DNA of 64,000 nt from Lytechinus pictus (taxonomy: Eukaryota). A program made the position numbers and the translations under genes. Each line of letters starts with the position of its first letter. Position 1 is the stretch's first letter. The stretch is from the NCBI RefSeq assembly GCF_037042905.1, contig NC_087245.1:27220001-27284000 (forward strand), in the 5' to 3' direction. The notes under the pieces are model-generated. The model was given only the letters and a program-made list of their open reading frames with translations. It was not told the origin of the DNA and did not search any database. Below, piece after piece: positions 32,212-46,800 of this stretch.

Positions 32212-33668
32212 CAGGCGCGTAGCCAGGGGGGGGGCGGTGGGGGCGGTCGCCCCCCCAAAAAACGTCCCCAAAAAGAAAAAAAAGAAGGGAAAAAAGAGAG
32301 GAAAAAAGGAAAAGGGAAGAGAGGAAAGGGAAGAAAGGTAGCTTTGTCGGTTTTTTTTTCTTTTTATTCTTTTTTTTCTCAAAAGAGAAACTCCTTCACT
32401 CTTCCTGTAAATTTATATATGAATTTTGCTTCCGCGCTGCGCGCGGTTAAATGACAATATTGAAGTTCTCCATTGTTTCCCCCACCCTTTCTCTAACCCT
32501 GCTTTTCCACCTCAGCTATATGTGTTTCTTGCCAGTTAAAGTTCAAATGTATAGATTAGGGCATGGAATTAGAGTAAGGTTAGGCCGAAGTATATGAAGT
32601 TATCTTTTTTTTTTATTGATCGCGCAACTTCTGGTCGGGTCGGCTCCGGGCGGGTAAAATCTTTATATCAATTTCTGCCGTCACCTCCATAAAGTCAACT
32701 TCTCCCGCTTTTCAGGTCAACAACCATAGGTAAACAACCATAATTTGGGGGAAACAGGTTCCTAATTTAAAAAGAGGAATGTATAAAATTCGTGTCGTAT
32801 TAAATAAAAAAGTACAATATTTTTTTTCAAATTCTATTAATCTTCATGTTATTTCCCTGCACATTCATCTCCTGTCCTATTTGTTCGCCCTCAGTTTGAA
32901 ATTTTGAATGACACTTAGGTTTCTTTATAATTCAAAATGAAGCGCTTCAGGATAAGTCAAAGAAATTAGGCATCCTTTTTTATATAATTTTAATAAATCA
33001 CAGAAGTTTCAACTTTTTGCGTACTATTTTCCTTGTAATGAAGTTCAATAATCTTAGGTTATCAATTGAATTAGAGCCGATGGGGTATTAGACATATCTG
33101 CATTTGATGAAACGTCCGCCCTTTAAAATTTCAGAGTTTTATTGCTCTGCGCGGGGAGGAATATCTTCCTCCCGGCATATACACTTCTTCTCCTCTGTTT
33201 TGCGAGTTAAAGATATGCACTGTCGCTAAATTGTTTGTAATCAAATCCGATATTTCCAAGGGAAGTATTCAATATGTCTTTGAGAATACCCTTTTCTCGG
33301 GACCCTTTTCATGGCAAAAAAAATTGAAAAAACGCTTTAGCTTCCGCGCTTCGCGCGGGGTTATTATGATTTTAATTTCCTCCATTGTATACCTTTTTGT
33401 GCGTTCACAATCACTTTTGAAAACAAGGTTCAAAATCACAATAAAGTCAACTGAATTGGAGCTGATATAGGTACTAGAGACAAGAGAGACGGCTCCTTTT
33501 CATTTTAATTTATGACACACCAAAAGCTTCACGCTTCGCGCGGGAGGGGGAAACTCCCCCTCCCTGCACCCACCCCCCAGGGAGCGCGCTTCGCGCGCTC
33601 TGTAAGTGTTGGCACGCTTCGCGTGCATTTACCGCCCCCTCCAAAATGAAATCCTGGCTACGCGGTTG
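32212..33668. mobile_element. hAT-like non-autonomous DNA transposon, 1457 bp, perfect 8-bp TSD
   Basis: CCTACATA|CAGGCGCGTAGCCAGG ... CCTGGCTACGCGGTTG|CCTACATA, with internal GCGCTTCGCGCG motifs. Confidence 0.85.
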
Positions 33669-33954
33669 CCTACATAACATCTCTTCCATAAGGTTGTAAT
33701 CACTGGAACCATCGCCATCAAAATGTAGTTTTAACGTTAGAACAGGGGCCCGTCATTTCAACCCTTTTCGATCATGGGGTTTTATATAGTGCCCCCCCCC
33801 CCTAAAGCTCCACCCGGGGCCAGGCACTTGCCCCCTAACGTTAGATATGCCACTGCTGATTCTGGCAGTTATTGAACTAGTTAAAATACACATGTATACT
33901 ACATTATGTACATATGGAATATAATTATACTACATCATGATTTTTTACGGTTGC

Positions 33955-34820
33955 AGACCATGTGCGCATGAGCAGAGGCCCTGACAACGACGACGCCGTT
34001 GATAAACGAAACCAATAATATCGAATGCGTAATTCTACGGACGCGTCAAATGTACGCGCGCCGTCTCATTAGTTGCGTAGTAAATACGAGCAGCACACGC
34101 GGACGTCTTGGTTGAATTTACCTTTTTAATTATCACCCTTTTCCAGCTTTTGTAAGTATCAAGTTGCAAGTTTCTAATAATGAAATAATATTTTAAAGCT
34201 AAAACTGTGATATTGTATCGTGAAGAATGTTTCAAACGAAAATCCTAGCTTTTAAACGGTGTTTAAGTCAATCGCCCGTCGACACTCTAACCCGCGAATA
34301 GCAGAATTGCATGGTTATCCACGCCTGTAGTGTCGGCGGAAAAGTGACCTAGCCTCTTGCTCATGCTCGCTCATAATTGCGAGCAATGCCGCAGTGCAAT
34401 TGTTGTAATTGACGTTGAACGGTCAATCAGCTTGTTCGCGCACATTCATCTCAATAAGCGTATTACTATTATGACGTGTCAATTGTTTCATCATTAATTA
34501 GGAAATATAAACAACATAAAAAAAGTAACAGAAACAATATCACAACAACAACAAAAAGAAGAAAGTGCACAGAATTGGCACTGGCTTGACTTTTATTTTT
34601 ATCTTGTTAATGTTATGTTATTAAATGTTACTAGGCCTAATACACTAGTCTAGTTAGTTTAGTAACATTATTTGGATTTTGGAATGGGATGGGCGTTTTG
34701 ATCAAACTTGAACTTTTAACTTATTGAAATAACATAACGGTACCGGTACGGTACGGTACCGTAGTTTCGAAAATCAAAATTTTGAAAGTCAACCAGCCAG
34801 CAGCAGGTTTCCAGGATAAA
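33955..34820. promoter_or_regulatory. CpG-enriched putative promoter region upstream of KIF9 (possibly bidirectional with SOSS-B)
   Basis: Local CpG enrichment in an AT-rich background, TGCGCATG at ~33963, and candidate donors on both strands (+ 34152 GTAAGT; - 34121 GTAAAT). Confidence 0.45.
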
Positions 34821-34821
34821 G

Positions 34822-37800
34822 ATGAAAATGAAAGGTCGTCGCAGTGAAGGGAAGGGTGGATCAAAATCAAATCAGGGTTCTAATGAAGGGGCAGAGGATT
34901 CAGATGAATTCCAAGTTGAAGAAGATTATTCTGTTGCTCAAACTCCAATCTACATGGATGAGACATCGATCCTGAGAATGGTATGGGTGGGAATTATTCA
35001 ACTCCATGCAAGAAACAGAAGAAAAGTTTGCTCACTTAAAAGTATCCTATTTTTTAAATTTAAGCTGTCTTGGACAGTGTTAAATTTTTTTGTGAAAAAT
35101 GCAATTAATACAGTTTTAAAGCATTGTTTAAACAATTTTATCAATTTGATGTATCATTTCCATCTGTTTCATTAATATTATTTTACATTGGCCTAAATAG
35201 AAAAATGCCCTAAAGTCTAGACCTTTAATGAAGTTGTTGTATGACAAGTGAAGTTCAAATATACACTGTACTGTAGGCCTACTGAAATCTAGGCCTAATT
35301 ACATTTTGTTTGAAATACTGTAGCATACTCGTATCAATGTCTTATATTTTATGTTTTACCTCATTTCTTAAGATTAAGAGAGATTAAAATTTTTAAGATA
35401 AAGAATGATCTACTTTTAATACCAGTAATAACACAAGATCCCCTATATTATGGTGTATAAAAGAATATTCATTTTTGTTGCTAATTTCAATGAAGTATTG
35501 TATTCTATTTGCATTTTGTACATACATTTTGATTTACATTTTTGGTCGTGTTGTGAAACTAGATATAACTCTTCCATGCAGCTTTGAGAAATATATTGAT
35601 GATTATATTTCTGTGAGAATGTACTTTAGCACTGATTTTAAATTGTTTTAAGGGTGTTTACAACAAGTACACACATGGGAAACACCTAAAATCTTTTCAG
35701 AATTTCACTGTTGTCCTCTTATTTCCTTCCTTAGGGAGAACTTGAATCAAGTGAAACATCAATGATGAATAAGCGAAGCAGTAAGGTGCGTGTCTATGTA
35801 CGCACTAGGCCAACTGACAAGTTTGCCCAGGATATGATTGAGCTCGTTCCTGATGGCAAGGTAGGTTTTCCTCAAAAGTTTAGATTCATTAATCATTTAT
35901 TGAAGTCTTTGCTTAATTGAATCTGAGTCTGGTGAAAATTCTAAGAATGATGATTTTACAAACGCAGTGGGAATATATTTTTGTGATAATGATGATTGGT
36001 GACTTATAGTCATAATTTTAGAGTGTTGGGTCATCCTTACAAAAAGCATTAATTTATGACATTGTTCATCAAGTGTTTCTTTTGGTTACCTCTTATGCTA
36101 GTAGTTTATTTTGAACAAGAATGCATCACAAAAAATCTGATTAAAAACATGCAATTAACAAGGGAGCAGTACATTACCACAATTTTCATGTACATAATGT
36201 TCATATATGTTGCTATTTTTCTGTTTTACAGTTTTGTTTTACTTCCATCTAATGATCTAACAATATTTTCATGCTAGATCATATTAAATACAATTTGTAC
36301 AACTTTGTAGTTGCATGTAAAGATATAATTTCATGATGAAAAACAAAGGGTATGAATCATCATTCTTTATTGTCACAGAGCGTCAACATCCATGCCAAGA
36401 AAGATGTGAAAAGAGGCGTGGTGAACAATCAGATGTTAGATTGGTCCTTTAAGATGGATGGTATTCTTCATAATGCTAGTCAAGATAAGGTTTATGAAGA
36501 AGTTGCTTCACCTCTAGTCACACAGCTTCTTGATGGTTATAATGGTGAGTTTTTTAATATATTTTTTTATATAGATTATAGAACTTGATTTGCTGAATTT
36601 GCAATTTAAGTGTATTTTTATGAGAAAATTCAATTTTCCTTTAACCCCCCCCCCCCCTCATCCATGTGTGTGAGTTGTTATTTGTTATTGCTGTATTTTT
36701 GTATATTAGGAAATAATTTTGCTTACCAATTTGATGAGCTTTTTGGTCATAAAAGAAAAGCTCTTCACAACATACTGTGCAGTCCTATATGAAATCTGCT
36801 ATCCAAAGGTATTTTTTGTGGAGCATTAAAAAAAAATGTGGAGGAAATTGTGATGCTATACCAGGAAAAACATTCCATGTAGAAGTAATTTTTTTCTTTT
36901 TACATCAATTGTTTAACATTTATGTAGCCTGCATGAATGGCTTTCAATGATTTCTAAATTGCTTTCCACTTATCTGAAGGCAGGTCAATTTGTGATATTT
37001 GTAAGTCAGTCTCCATTTGTTTATTATAAGGATTTTTATTTCCATTTATTATCCAGATGCATAATTTGAATTCAGTTTGAGAAAAGTTGATTTATGGATG
37101 ATCATTAAAAGTTCCTATATTGTCTTATATTTGTTTTCATCTCATATTGTCTTTCACCCTGTATGTATGGTTAAATAAATAATGATAATTGTATTAAAGT
37201 AACTAAGAGAATCAGTTCAAGCAAGAAATATTTGAGAATCATCCATAACAAATCTCATTTCACTCTACTTCTTTAGTTGATAAACTAATTTGATTATCAA
37301 GTCGTGGAAGTTGATACAATTTTTTTAGAATGTGTACCTATTCTTTCTCACTCTGTATCTGTGAAGGGCTTATTTTTGAGGATATTAAGAGATGGTTTGT
37401 AATTGTATTGAGGCAAGATTTCAATATTCTGTCAAATTAACAGGGACATTATTATGTTATGGTCAAACTGGCGCTGGTAAAACCTACACAATGACTGGAG
37501 CAACAGAGAATTACAAGCAAAGAGGAATCATCCCAAGGGCTATCTCACAGGTATGTAAAGAACAGAAAATTGTCTAGTTTTATTTGCCATATGGTATTTG
37601 TGGCATAGTGAAAATTATTATGATTCCCCTGACTCTTGAAACATTTGTCATATGCATAGTTCATATCTGATTTATAAGGGTATTTGCATTTGATTCAATT
37701 TCCAAACCATTCAAACTAGAAAATATAAATCATCATTATTATCATACATACTATTTTTTTGCCTTTCAGTGTTTCTAATATATTTTACTTATAATTGAAA

Positions 37801-40800
37801 ATTAAAGTTCCCCTGCTATGTAAATAATGTAAATTTTCAACAGAGAAGTTTGGGGGTATAATGGATATTCCTCATTGTTATTATTGACTATGTACTGTGT
37901 AAAAAAAAATAGAATTAACCCATCAAGGTAGTCAGCTTAACAAAGTGTCTTCTTTAAGGTATCAAACTAAACCCAAATCACACAATTACAAGACTACTGC
38001 TCTACCAAATGAGCTATCACACCTCCCAATGGAAAGATTTTGAGCAAAATAACTGAGTAAAAGTTCCTACACTCCGATTCATTGGGCGAAATTACTGTTT
38101 ATATATATTAATTTCAATTCTCCTCATTTCTTTATAAATGCCTCAGGTTTACAAGGAAATAGAGGACAGACCAGAGCAAGCGATCACCGTTCGGATCACC
38201 TATTTAGAGATCTACAACGAGACCATGTTTGATCTCTTGTCCACTCTGCCATACAGTATGCAGGGGCTTCCCCAGATGACCATCACAGAGGACGAGTTTG
38301 GGATAAATATCAAAGGCTTGAGTGTACATCTTGCTCACAATGAAGAGGAGGCTCTCAATCTGCTGTTTGAGGTATATTTATGATAATGATTATTCTTCAT
38401 TGATTTTAGGGAGTTGTTTTTTAATATTTTTTTTTGTAGTTCCATATCCATTTGATTTAATGCTTGGGGTGCTCTGAAAGAGAAAAAAATATCTGTCCTT
38501 TTAATGCGCATTAGTTGTTCATATAGGCAGTTTCTCAAATTGTAATTTTCAATTTTAAGATCTGACAAAAATGACAGTTTCATATTTTTGTAATATCTGA
38601 TATTTCTTCTATACGTTTTTCGAGCTTGACATTTCGATTTAATTTGCCCATGTTGATTATATTGGCTGACTGATGAAATGGCTTTGACTTTACAGGGCGG
38701 AAATGGCAAGGAAAATAGAGTAATGTTTCGGCTTACCGTTTGTAAAATAAATGTGTGGTCAACTTATGAAAGATATCAATCGTATTTATTCCCTGGACAC
38801 TGTACAGTGATAAAAATTATATAGATTTCTGTAGTCAGTGCAGTGAGTGCACTATGGAATATTCAGATTGAATTACCTTGAAGGCCACACCTTTCCATAA
38901 AAGTGAGGTGGTTTGGCAGGTTTAACCCTTATAAGACTGTGGAGGGTTGCTGATTCAGCCCCTCGACATTTTTCGCGATAAATCCGCCGCACAATTTTTT
39001 TGACCCCGTCGCTCGCTGACTTTTTACTTTCAAGTCTCGCGCAAGTTTTGAGACCAAAATTGTGACCCTCGGGTACACGGTTCCGAAATTACGCAACATT
39101 TTGTAAGTGCATGCAGACCCTAAATTACTCAAAAACGTGAATTCGTGTACAATTTCAAAATTCATAAATGAATAATTATTTTTCCTTTTAGTGATTAAAA
39201 TCAATTAATTTCATCTTGTTTATGGTCAAAATAAAGTCCCTGACAATTAACATTGAAAAAAAAAAAAAAAAAAAAAGTTGAAAAACAAAGAAATACATAA
39301 TAAATTTTGAAAAAAATAAAATTCATAAGAAAATAAATGTGAAATATGATCAGATTCCTATAAAGAGGCTGTGAATCAAAAATCAGCATTCTAGGGGCAT
39401 TATTTAGTTAATTAGAGCAAACCGTTGATTTTATGCATAAATAAGCATAATTAATTAGCAGTGAGATTTTTAGCAGAATTTGATCTTATACTAGTAGTTT
39501 TGTAGATTATGCCATGGGTAATGCGCGTGCCAATTTTCGTCGCGATCGCGTGATTGATGGCCGAGATCATAAGGGGGGCTGAATCAGCCCCCCCCCCTCA
39601 GTATTCTTAGGTGTCGAAATAGCCCAGTCTTTTTAGGGTTAAGGCGGCCCCATGGGATCCATTTATAAAACTTACTTCAGGTTTCTCAATGGTATCATTG
39701 GGTGAAAAGGGGTAAGGTCCAATCTTGGTAATATCTGTCTATCTTCCCTTTTTCTTTCATGTATTGAATTGACAGTTTCGTTTGAATAATTTTCATGAAT
39801 AATTGGAATGGTTTTATTCAATTATTCATATCATATCTTAGGGTGAGACCAATCGTGCCATCGCCTCTCATGCTCTGAACAGTGTATCCTCCCGATCTCA
39901 CTGTATCTTCACCATACACGTTGAATCAAGATCCAGGACCGAATCCAATGCTAAATACATCCGCAGCAAGTTCAACCTGGTCGATCTTGCTGGTTCAGAG
40001 CGCCTTAGTAAGACAGGGGTAAGTGCTGATCATTTTGAAAGGTCAAGGTGTCCACAATAAGTTTAGTTGAATCGATAGATTAGATTATGAGCAAAAAAAG
40101 AATGTACAGATTTCACTAACTTTTTCAGTTGAGTCAAGATACATAATATGGTTACTGTTCTAAGTTGTGCAAAAAATTTGATTGAAGTTCAGGAAAAGTA
40201 GTTTGAATTATATGACACCTAGATAGATCCTTGTCATTTGATTGGTTGTTTGGTATCGATCATTCTGCCCATTTTACAATGACGACATCAGCCATGCAAT
40301 TTTGGATCCATACGATTTTGTCCATTGCATGCGCGCACCAAAAGAGCAGGCACCACAGGTTTTACACTCGTATTTGCAGTGCGCGTCTTGTATGTATGCG
40401 ACAATCAACAGACCAAGCTCGCACTGCATGAGCATTATTTTGCATCAAAATTACCGGTAATAAATTTCAAATGAAAAGGGATGTATGTTTAGGTGTCATA
40501 TAAATCAAATTATGATTTTTTTATTTTTATTTGTGCAATGGACAGAATACTTCATTCGGTGAAAGATGAAATGTATGACCCATTCAACTCAGGCTGCGCC
40601 TCGTTGAATGGATCATTTCATCTTTCACTTCAGGAAGTATTCTGTCCATTGCACTCATAAACATTCATTATTTATATACTAATTTGTTACACTTCTATAT
40701 ATTTCAGATGATAGTAGAGTACATGTATGGGAATACAGTGATGTAGACATGATGAGCTCATATCTGTGATTATTTTTTCTTCTTTACAGTCTGAAGGCAA

Positions 40801-43800
40801 GACACAGCAAGAGGCTGTGTACATCAACAAATCCTTGACATTCCTGGAACAGACGACCATTGCCTTGGCTGATAGGAGACGAGAGCATATACCCTACAGA
40901 CAGACCAAGCTTACACACTGTCTCAAAGATTCATTAGGTATGCAAACTCTTTAAATGCCACAGAAATTGCGTTTTTAATGAGATTTATGTGTTTTATAAG
41001 GTGTGAATTAATGACTCTAGGATGTTAAGGCCTCTGCACACCTTACAACTGGTTCATGATCATGTTGCAATTTTTTGAACAAAATTGCTTTTATTGTCTC
41101 ACCTGCATAGCAGAATGAGACTAAAGGCGCCGCTTTTCCTATGGCGGTGGCGGCTCTGGCGTCAACATCAAATCTTTACCGAAGGTTAAGTTTTTGAAAT
41201 GACAGCATAACTTAGAAAGTATATGGACCTATTTCATGAAACTTGGACATAAAGTTAATCAAGTATTACTGAACATCCTGCCTGAGTTTCATATAGTAGT
41301 CTTATTTTATTCAAACAGTGCCTGGGAAAATTAAATATACAAATAATTGTTCAATTAATCATAGCTTTAAGTCTGTGGCAAACTGTGTACAGAAAATTAC
41401 AACCAGTTCCATGATTTGAGCATATCTCTTTATGCCCCTAGCCTCCCTTCTTGTATGGTGAAATTGCTACACAAATCAAAAATTAAATTGTCTTTCCAAC
41501 AGGTGGAAACTGCAACACCCTCATGATCGCCAACGTCTGGGGAGAAGCCAACCAGATAGAGGAAACTATCTCAACCCTGCGCTTTGCTACCAGGATGATG
41601 TGCATCGCTGTTAATCCCGCCGTCAATGAATACTTTGATCCTGCACTGCTTGTGAAGAAACTTGAGAAGGAGATCAAACATCTGAAACATGAACTCACCA
41701 TGCATGATACTCTGGTGAGTTTAAAGTCCTGCGAGCAAACACTATTGCAATCCATCTTTGATCTTATTATGGAAAAATTTTATCATTTGATATAAACTAA
41801 TCTCAGAAATTTAGTTATTGAATATCAGAAATATGCAGACAAATTGAACTTTAAAATTTATTTATTAAAAATCATATGGCAGCCAAAAGCTGAATTGAGT
41901 GGACTTTACATCACATAATAAAATACAACAAATAATCAATGCAAAGATTGCATCCTGAAATTTTTAGCCCATTTCATGCTTTTTGTCATAGGTTTTAAAT
42001 AAAAAAGAAAGAAAGAAATAAATAAAACACACACAGAGATTTAATTTTGATTGATTTCATGTTAAATAACAAACTTTAATAATGTAATACATATTTTGAT
42101 TCCATAGCATAAATGTTTTGGGTCTATTACCGTATCTAGTATTGAATTGGAATGGTGATAGATGCATGGGGGGTAGGGGGTGTTCACTAAAGCTAAAATC
42201 ATGATTCCAATTGTTATGAAGAGAGAGGAGATCAAATTGAAGATAACCTTTTCTTGCAGGCCAACCGGAGCCAAGTGAGTTACGAGCCGCTATCCGATAC
42301 TCAACTTCTAGAGGTCAACAACCAGGTCCGACGCTACCTTGATGGCTCGCTGGAAGAGATCGATATCGTCAACATTCGACAAATCCAGAGCATCTTTCAA
42401 ACATTCAAAACAATGGTTAGTCAGATGGAGAGTGAGGTCGAAGGTCGTTTAAGGCAGAAGTATACCATCATTGACCGGATGGATCCTAATGCTGTAGCTG
42501 CTGCACAGAAGGTAAGCAGACCTTACGATAATCAGAGCTTTTTGTTTGTTCAGATATCCTTCTTATACCACTAGTACTCGATCAGTCATATTGTTTGATA
42601 CTTGTATTAGTTTCCCTGACATTGACTCGACTTACTCGGTAATCGATATGAAGCATCTTATGTATTTTTTTCAGGTATTTACATCAATATAGATTTTAAG
42701 TAAAGGTTGCAACTTGCGAAAGAATGTAATCAGTGGTATTTCCATATCAAACAAACTGAGCACAATCTATAGTATTAAGGTTTTCGGGGGGGGGGGGGGA
42801 TGTTCGGGAAGGGGTTATCTTCACAATGATAACAGTGCTTAAATACTTAATGTTTCTATCAAAGCACCTTATATGCACCTGTTAATACAAACTGGACTTG
42901 CTTTTGAACCCGATGCTGATATCTTGGGCACCTTTGCAATCTAACGCAGAGTCTATCTCAGACAATTGAAGAGCAAATTGTACTTTTTTTTGGGGGGGGG
43001 GGGCTGCTCCTCTTTACCTCCTTCCCATATTTAACTAATTCTTTTTTACTTTAATTATTTCAATCAGGCTGGTGTAGTGTTTGATGAGGATGGTGGTGCT
43101 ACATATGTAGGAGAGGTCGACGGACAGGGCTTTGGTATAGGAGTTGCTCCTGCTTCATCTAAGCCAGCTCATTCATCTGTGGTGTCTGCACGAAAGGCCA
43201 GGGGAAGGAAAGCCAAGGAAAGGGGAAGGTGAGAACTTTATCCATGTTTTTTTCCTGTAATTTTGCCTTGTTATGTCAAAAGCTAGATATAAGTTACATG
43301 TTCTTAACTTTTGTTTGAGGCAATAAAGCTGATTAAAAATTTGGCAAACTTCCTGTCTTCAAAGATGTCATACTGCTAAATTTTTCAACTGCCATTGCTG
43401 TGTAAGTTCAAGGCCTGTTAGATTGAGGCTAGACAATATTGGTAATTTTGTCATGAATGTGAAATAGCATGGTAACAGTACTCAAAAGCCAATCAAAATC
43501 AAGGTGTGTATAGTAGGTACTCTTGTACTCATGATGGTAAATTTGCCAATAGTTGTACATTTAAAGCGACCTTACATTGACAAATCATGGGGATATCAAG
43601 GCTAATCTCAGAACGGAGAAGGGATTTGAGTCTTTCACTCGGCTGCATGCCTGGGGGTGTTATGTAATAGACGTCGGCGTGTCTAGGAGGTCTAATAGGA
43701 GATCAATAGTTAGAAGACTAACCAACCAGAAGTAAACTGCGTGTTTTCACTTTGAAACATGTAACTTCACAGAGGTTATTAAGTTTGGTTTAGCAATCAA

Positions 43801-46800
43801 GAGACCTGCTTAGAGTCTAGGAATTGGGATTGTTGGAAACCAGAAGTGCGACGACCCTAAGAAAATAACCATCACGAGGTCGGTCAAATTCGTGCTGTCA
43901 GAACTTTTATTGCATTAGTATGATGGGCACTCATGACGGACGGATTATATTATGCAAGTCAATTGGCCTTTTGCAAATTTCGTATTGATTAAATTTTCCC
44001 GTGATTTGTCAATTGCTGGGCGCTTTAAGTACATTTAAGTTCAGGAATAAAATGCTCCTGCACATTTGCTATCCATTATTTAATCTCATTGATGACTATG
44101 CAGTACCATGCACATCACCTGAATGCAATCTGACCATGCAGTGATGCATAATGTATATACCACATGTCTTTGAGTCACTCTTGGGTCTTTGTAAAACAGT
44201 CCCCAGATCTTTTGATTTAATTGGCTTCAATCGATGTTTTAAATAATAGTTACAATTCACCATGTTAGGATATTTCAGACTAAGATTTCGATGGTGGCAG
44301 GGATTACCCTTACATATTGAAGAATGGTGAGATATCAAGGAGATCTGAAACTGTTATTGTTATGGATCTTCATACAGCCCTCAACTGAAAGGTGTTTCCA
44401 CCCCTTCCCCTACCATGGAGCGAGCCTCCCCCGTCAGGAACGGTAACATCGGCCCGGACACTAGAGAATCAGCGGTCCGGACTGAGACGGCCTCGGTGAC
44501 TGGGTCGCAGGGTCCAGCAGCAGAGGGCGCTACACAGGGAAGAGCGACTCCGCCGCTCAGGACAGTTGCATTTGAGGAATTCAAGCACGAGAAAGGCAGT
44601 GAGATCAATAGGATACTCATGGAAAATAAAGGTGAGAAGGTCACATTTATTTACTTTTATGGATGTTTAAACCTCAGTTCCAGGTCCTGCCATCTTTTTT
44701 TTAGGTTTTTGGAATTTGACCATGTCCATGAAGTTGAGCAACTTTAACTTTTTGTACGTTACTGGTATATTTTCCTACCGTCTTTCTAGACAATTTCTCA
44801 AATAATTCTAGTTATAGTTATCTTAGGCACCTTAGCAAAAGTCAGAGCCAGTTATTTCATGCAAGAAGACTGTATGCATCTTTTCATTGCCAATATTCAT
44901 GTTCCTTTCCATTTTCGAAAGATGCATAATGCTTTTGTAACAGGATTCCTGATGAAAGACACTGTACAAACTTTGGGTGAGATGCCTTAATTAACATTTT
45001 CTGTTTAACATGGTCCAAATGTCATTTCAAGCAGTTGAATGGGGTGACTTTGTTGCAATACAATAGGAAATAATTGCCCAAGATATACCAAGTCATGATC
45101 ATGAAGAAAATAAGGTAGTTTTACAGTTCTTATGCCATTTTAAAAATTACTACAAATCAACTTTGAAATTTTAGGAAAAAATAATTATATTGGGATAATC
45201 TGCTGATTCTGCCCACTATCATACATTGTGTAATTTGACCTAAATTTAAGAAGAAAAGGCAAATCTTGTAGAAAAAATAGTGTTCAGGCTTTTTACTTAC
45301 TTAAAAAAAAAATGATTTGTGGTTTCTTTTGTAGATATTCTTAAAGGGAAGAGGAAACATTGCAGAGACTTGGCCAAGACTATCAACATGACAAAGCAAG
45401 AGATTGATGTGACGAGGAGTGCTATTGAGAAATTAAGGCAAGAGAAAGCTGAGCAAGGTTAGTTTATGGATCCAATTCCTAATCGGATGCGAGTCTTTTC
45501 TTGCGTTTCGTATTCATGATTCACTATGAGCTGCAAACCTGTAAGAAGGATAAGTGTATACTGTCTCCTTGTAAAAATTAGAAATTGCAAACTTGTTTGT
45601 CTCTTTAGAAAAATTAGAATATTGTATGAGGATTAGGAAAAATTATGATATTGCTCCTTTTTATGTGGGTGCAATTTGTAAAGAAATGGAACAAATGTTG
45701 CCACACCCTTATATAATATATCAAGATCATAATCTTTCAAAGCAGGGGAATTGGAAAATCCTAAATCTTATTTCTGTATTCCCACTGGGTTGATTTTAGG
45801 TGTGTAATTCAATATCTTGTGAAAGCTTTAATATACAGGTTGCTAGATGACGAAATTTAGTTCAATTTTCAATGGTCAATTTTCCAATTATTTGTTGTCA
45901 ATGAATTTGTCCCTGTATTTCATCGGTCCTCTGATGATAAATCCCTTGCTGTACCGGTAAAAAAAAACCCTTTTTAATCAGGCTATATGAAATAACATCA
46001 ATTAATCTTTTGTTTCATAGGTGACTTTGTGAACGAGGAAGGCGAGATGGTGATCAGTGAGGAAGAGTTCCAGATGATCAGGAAACTGAAGGAACTCAAA
46101 GCTTCATACCGCAGTGATTATGATGAACTAAGACAGATTAAATCAGAGATACAGTACTGTCAGAAGCTTGTAGACCAGTGCAGACAAAGACTTGTAACTG
46201 GTAAGGTTATGCAATACAATGAGGGTTACAGGTGACAGGGAAGGGTTTTATGGTTGACTATATACTTTACTTAGTATCCATATATTGTTAATGATCTTTT
46301 ACAACTTGCACATAATTTGTGAATTTCTGCTCATAATCAGTATAATTATGTGATTTTTTTTTTTCTAGATTCGGTTTGAGTCTGCTATTAGAATGTAAGT
46401 AAACCTGTATCGTTCCTCATTTTCAGAATTCGACAGCTGGTACAGTGAATGTTTCCTTAGTACTGAGGAGGGTCAGAGTAGTGCAGCGGCAGGAGTTGGA
46501 GCAAGACCCGGAACGCAGTATGACATGGTGAGTATACCTCTGTAACCTATCTGTTTTGATGAATTATTCAAATCCCTATTCAGTCAATGTGTATTTTTCA
46601 AATTGGCAACAGCAATTATTTCCTGGGGGGGGGGGGTGGATTTCATAATAAAATTGTATTGAATTTGATATGAGAATATTTTTCAAAGCTAGAAATTGGC
46701 TATATTACATAGAGAATGATTTTGACTTTTTCATTATGTTGCCATTTTAAGGAATTCAGTGCTTGTTTGACTAAATTTGTGATACAAATAAAAACAGCAA

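Noticed and set aside
43657..43876. Solo LTR (TGTTATG...CA after a G-run)
   Set aside because: No TSD, second copy or internal retroviral sequence is visible.
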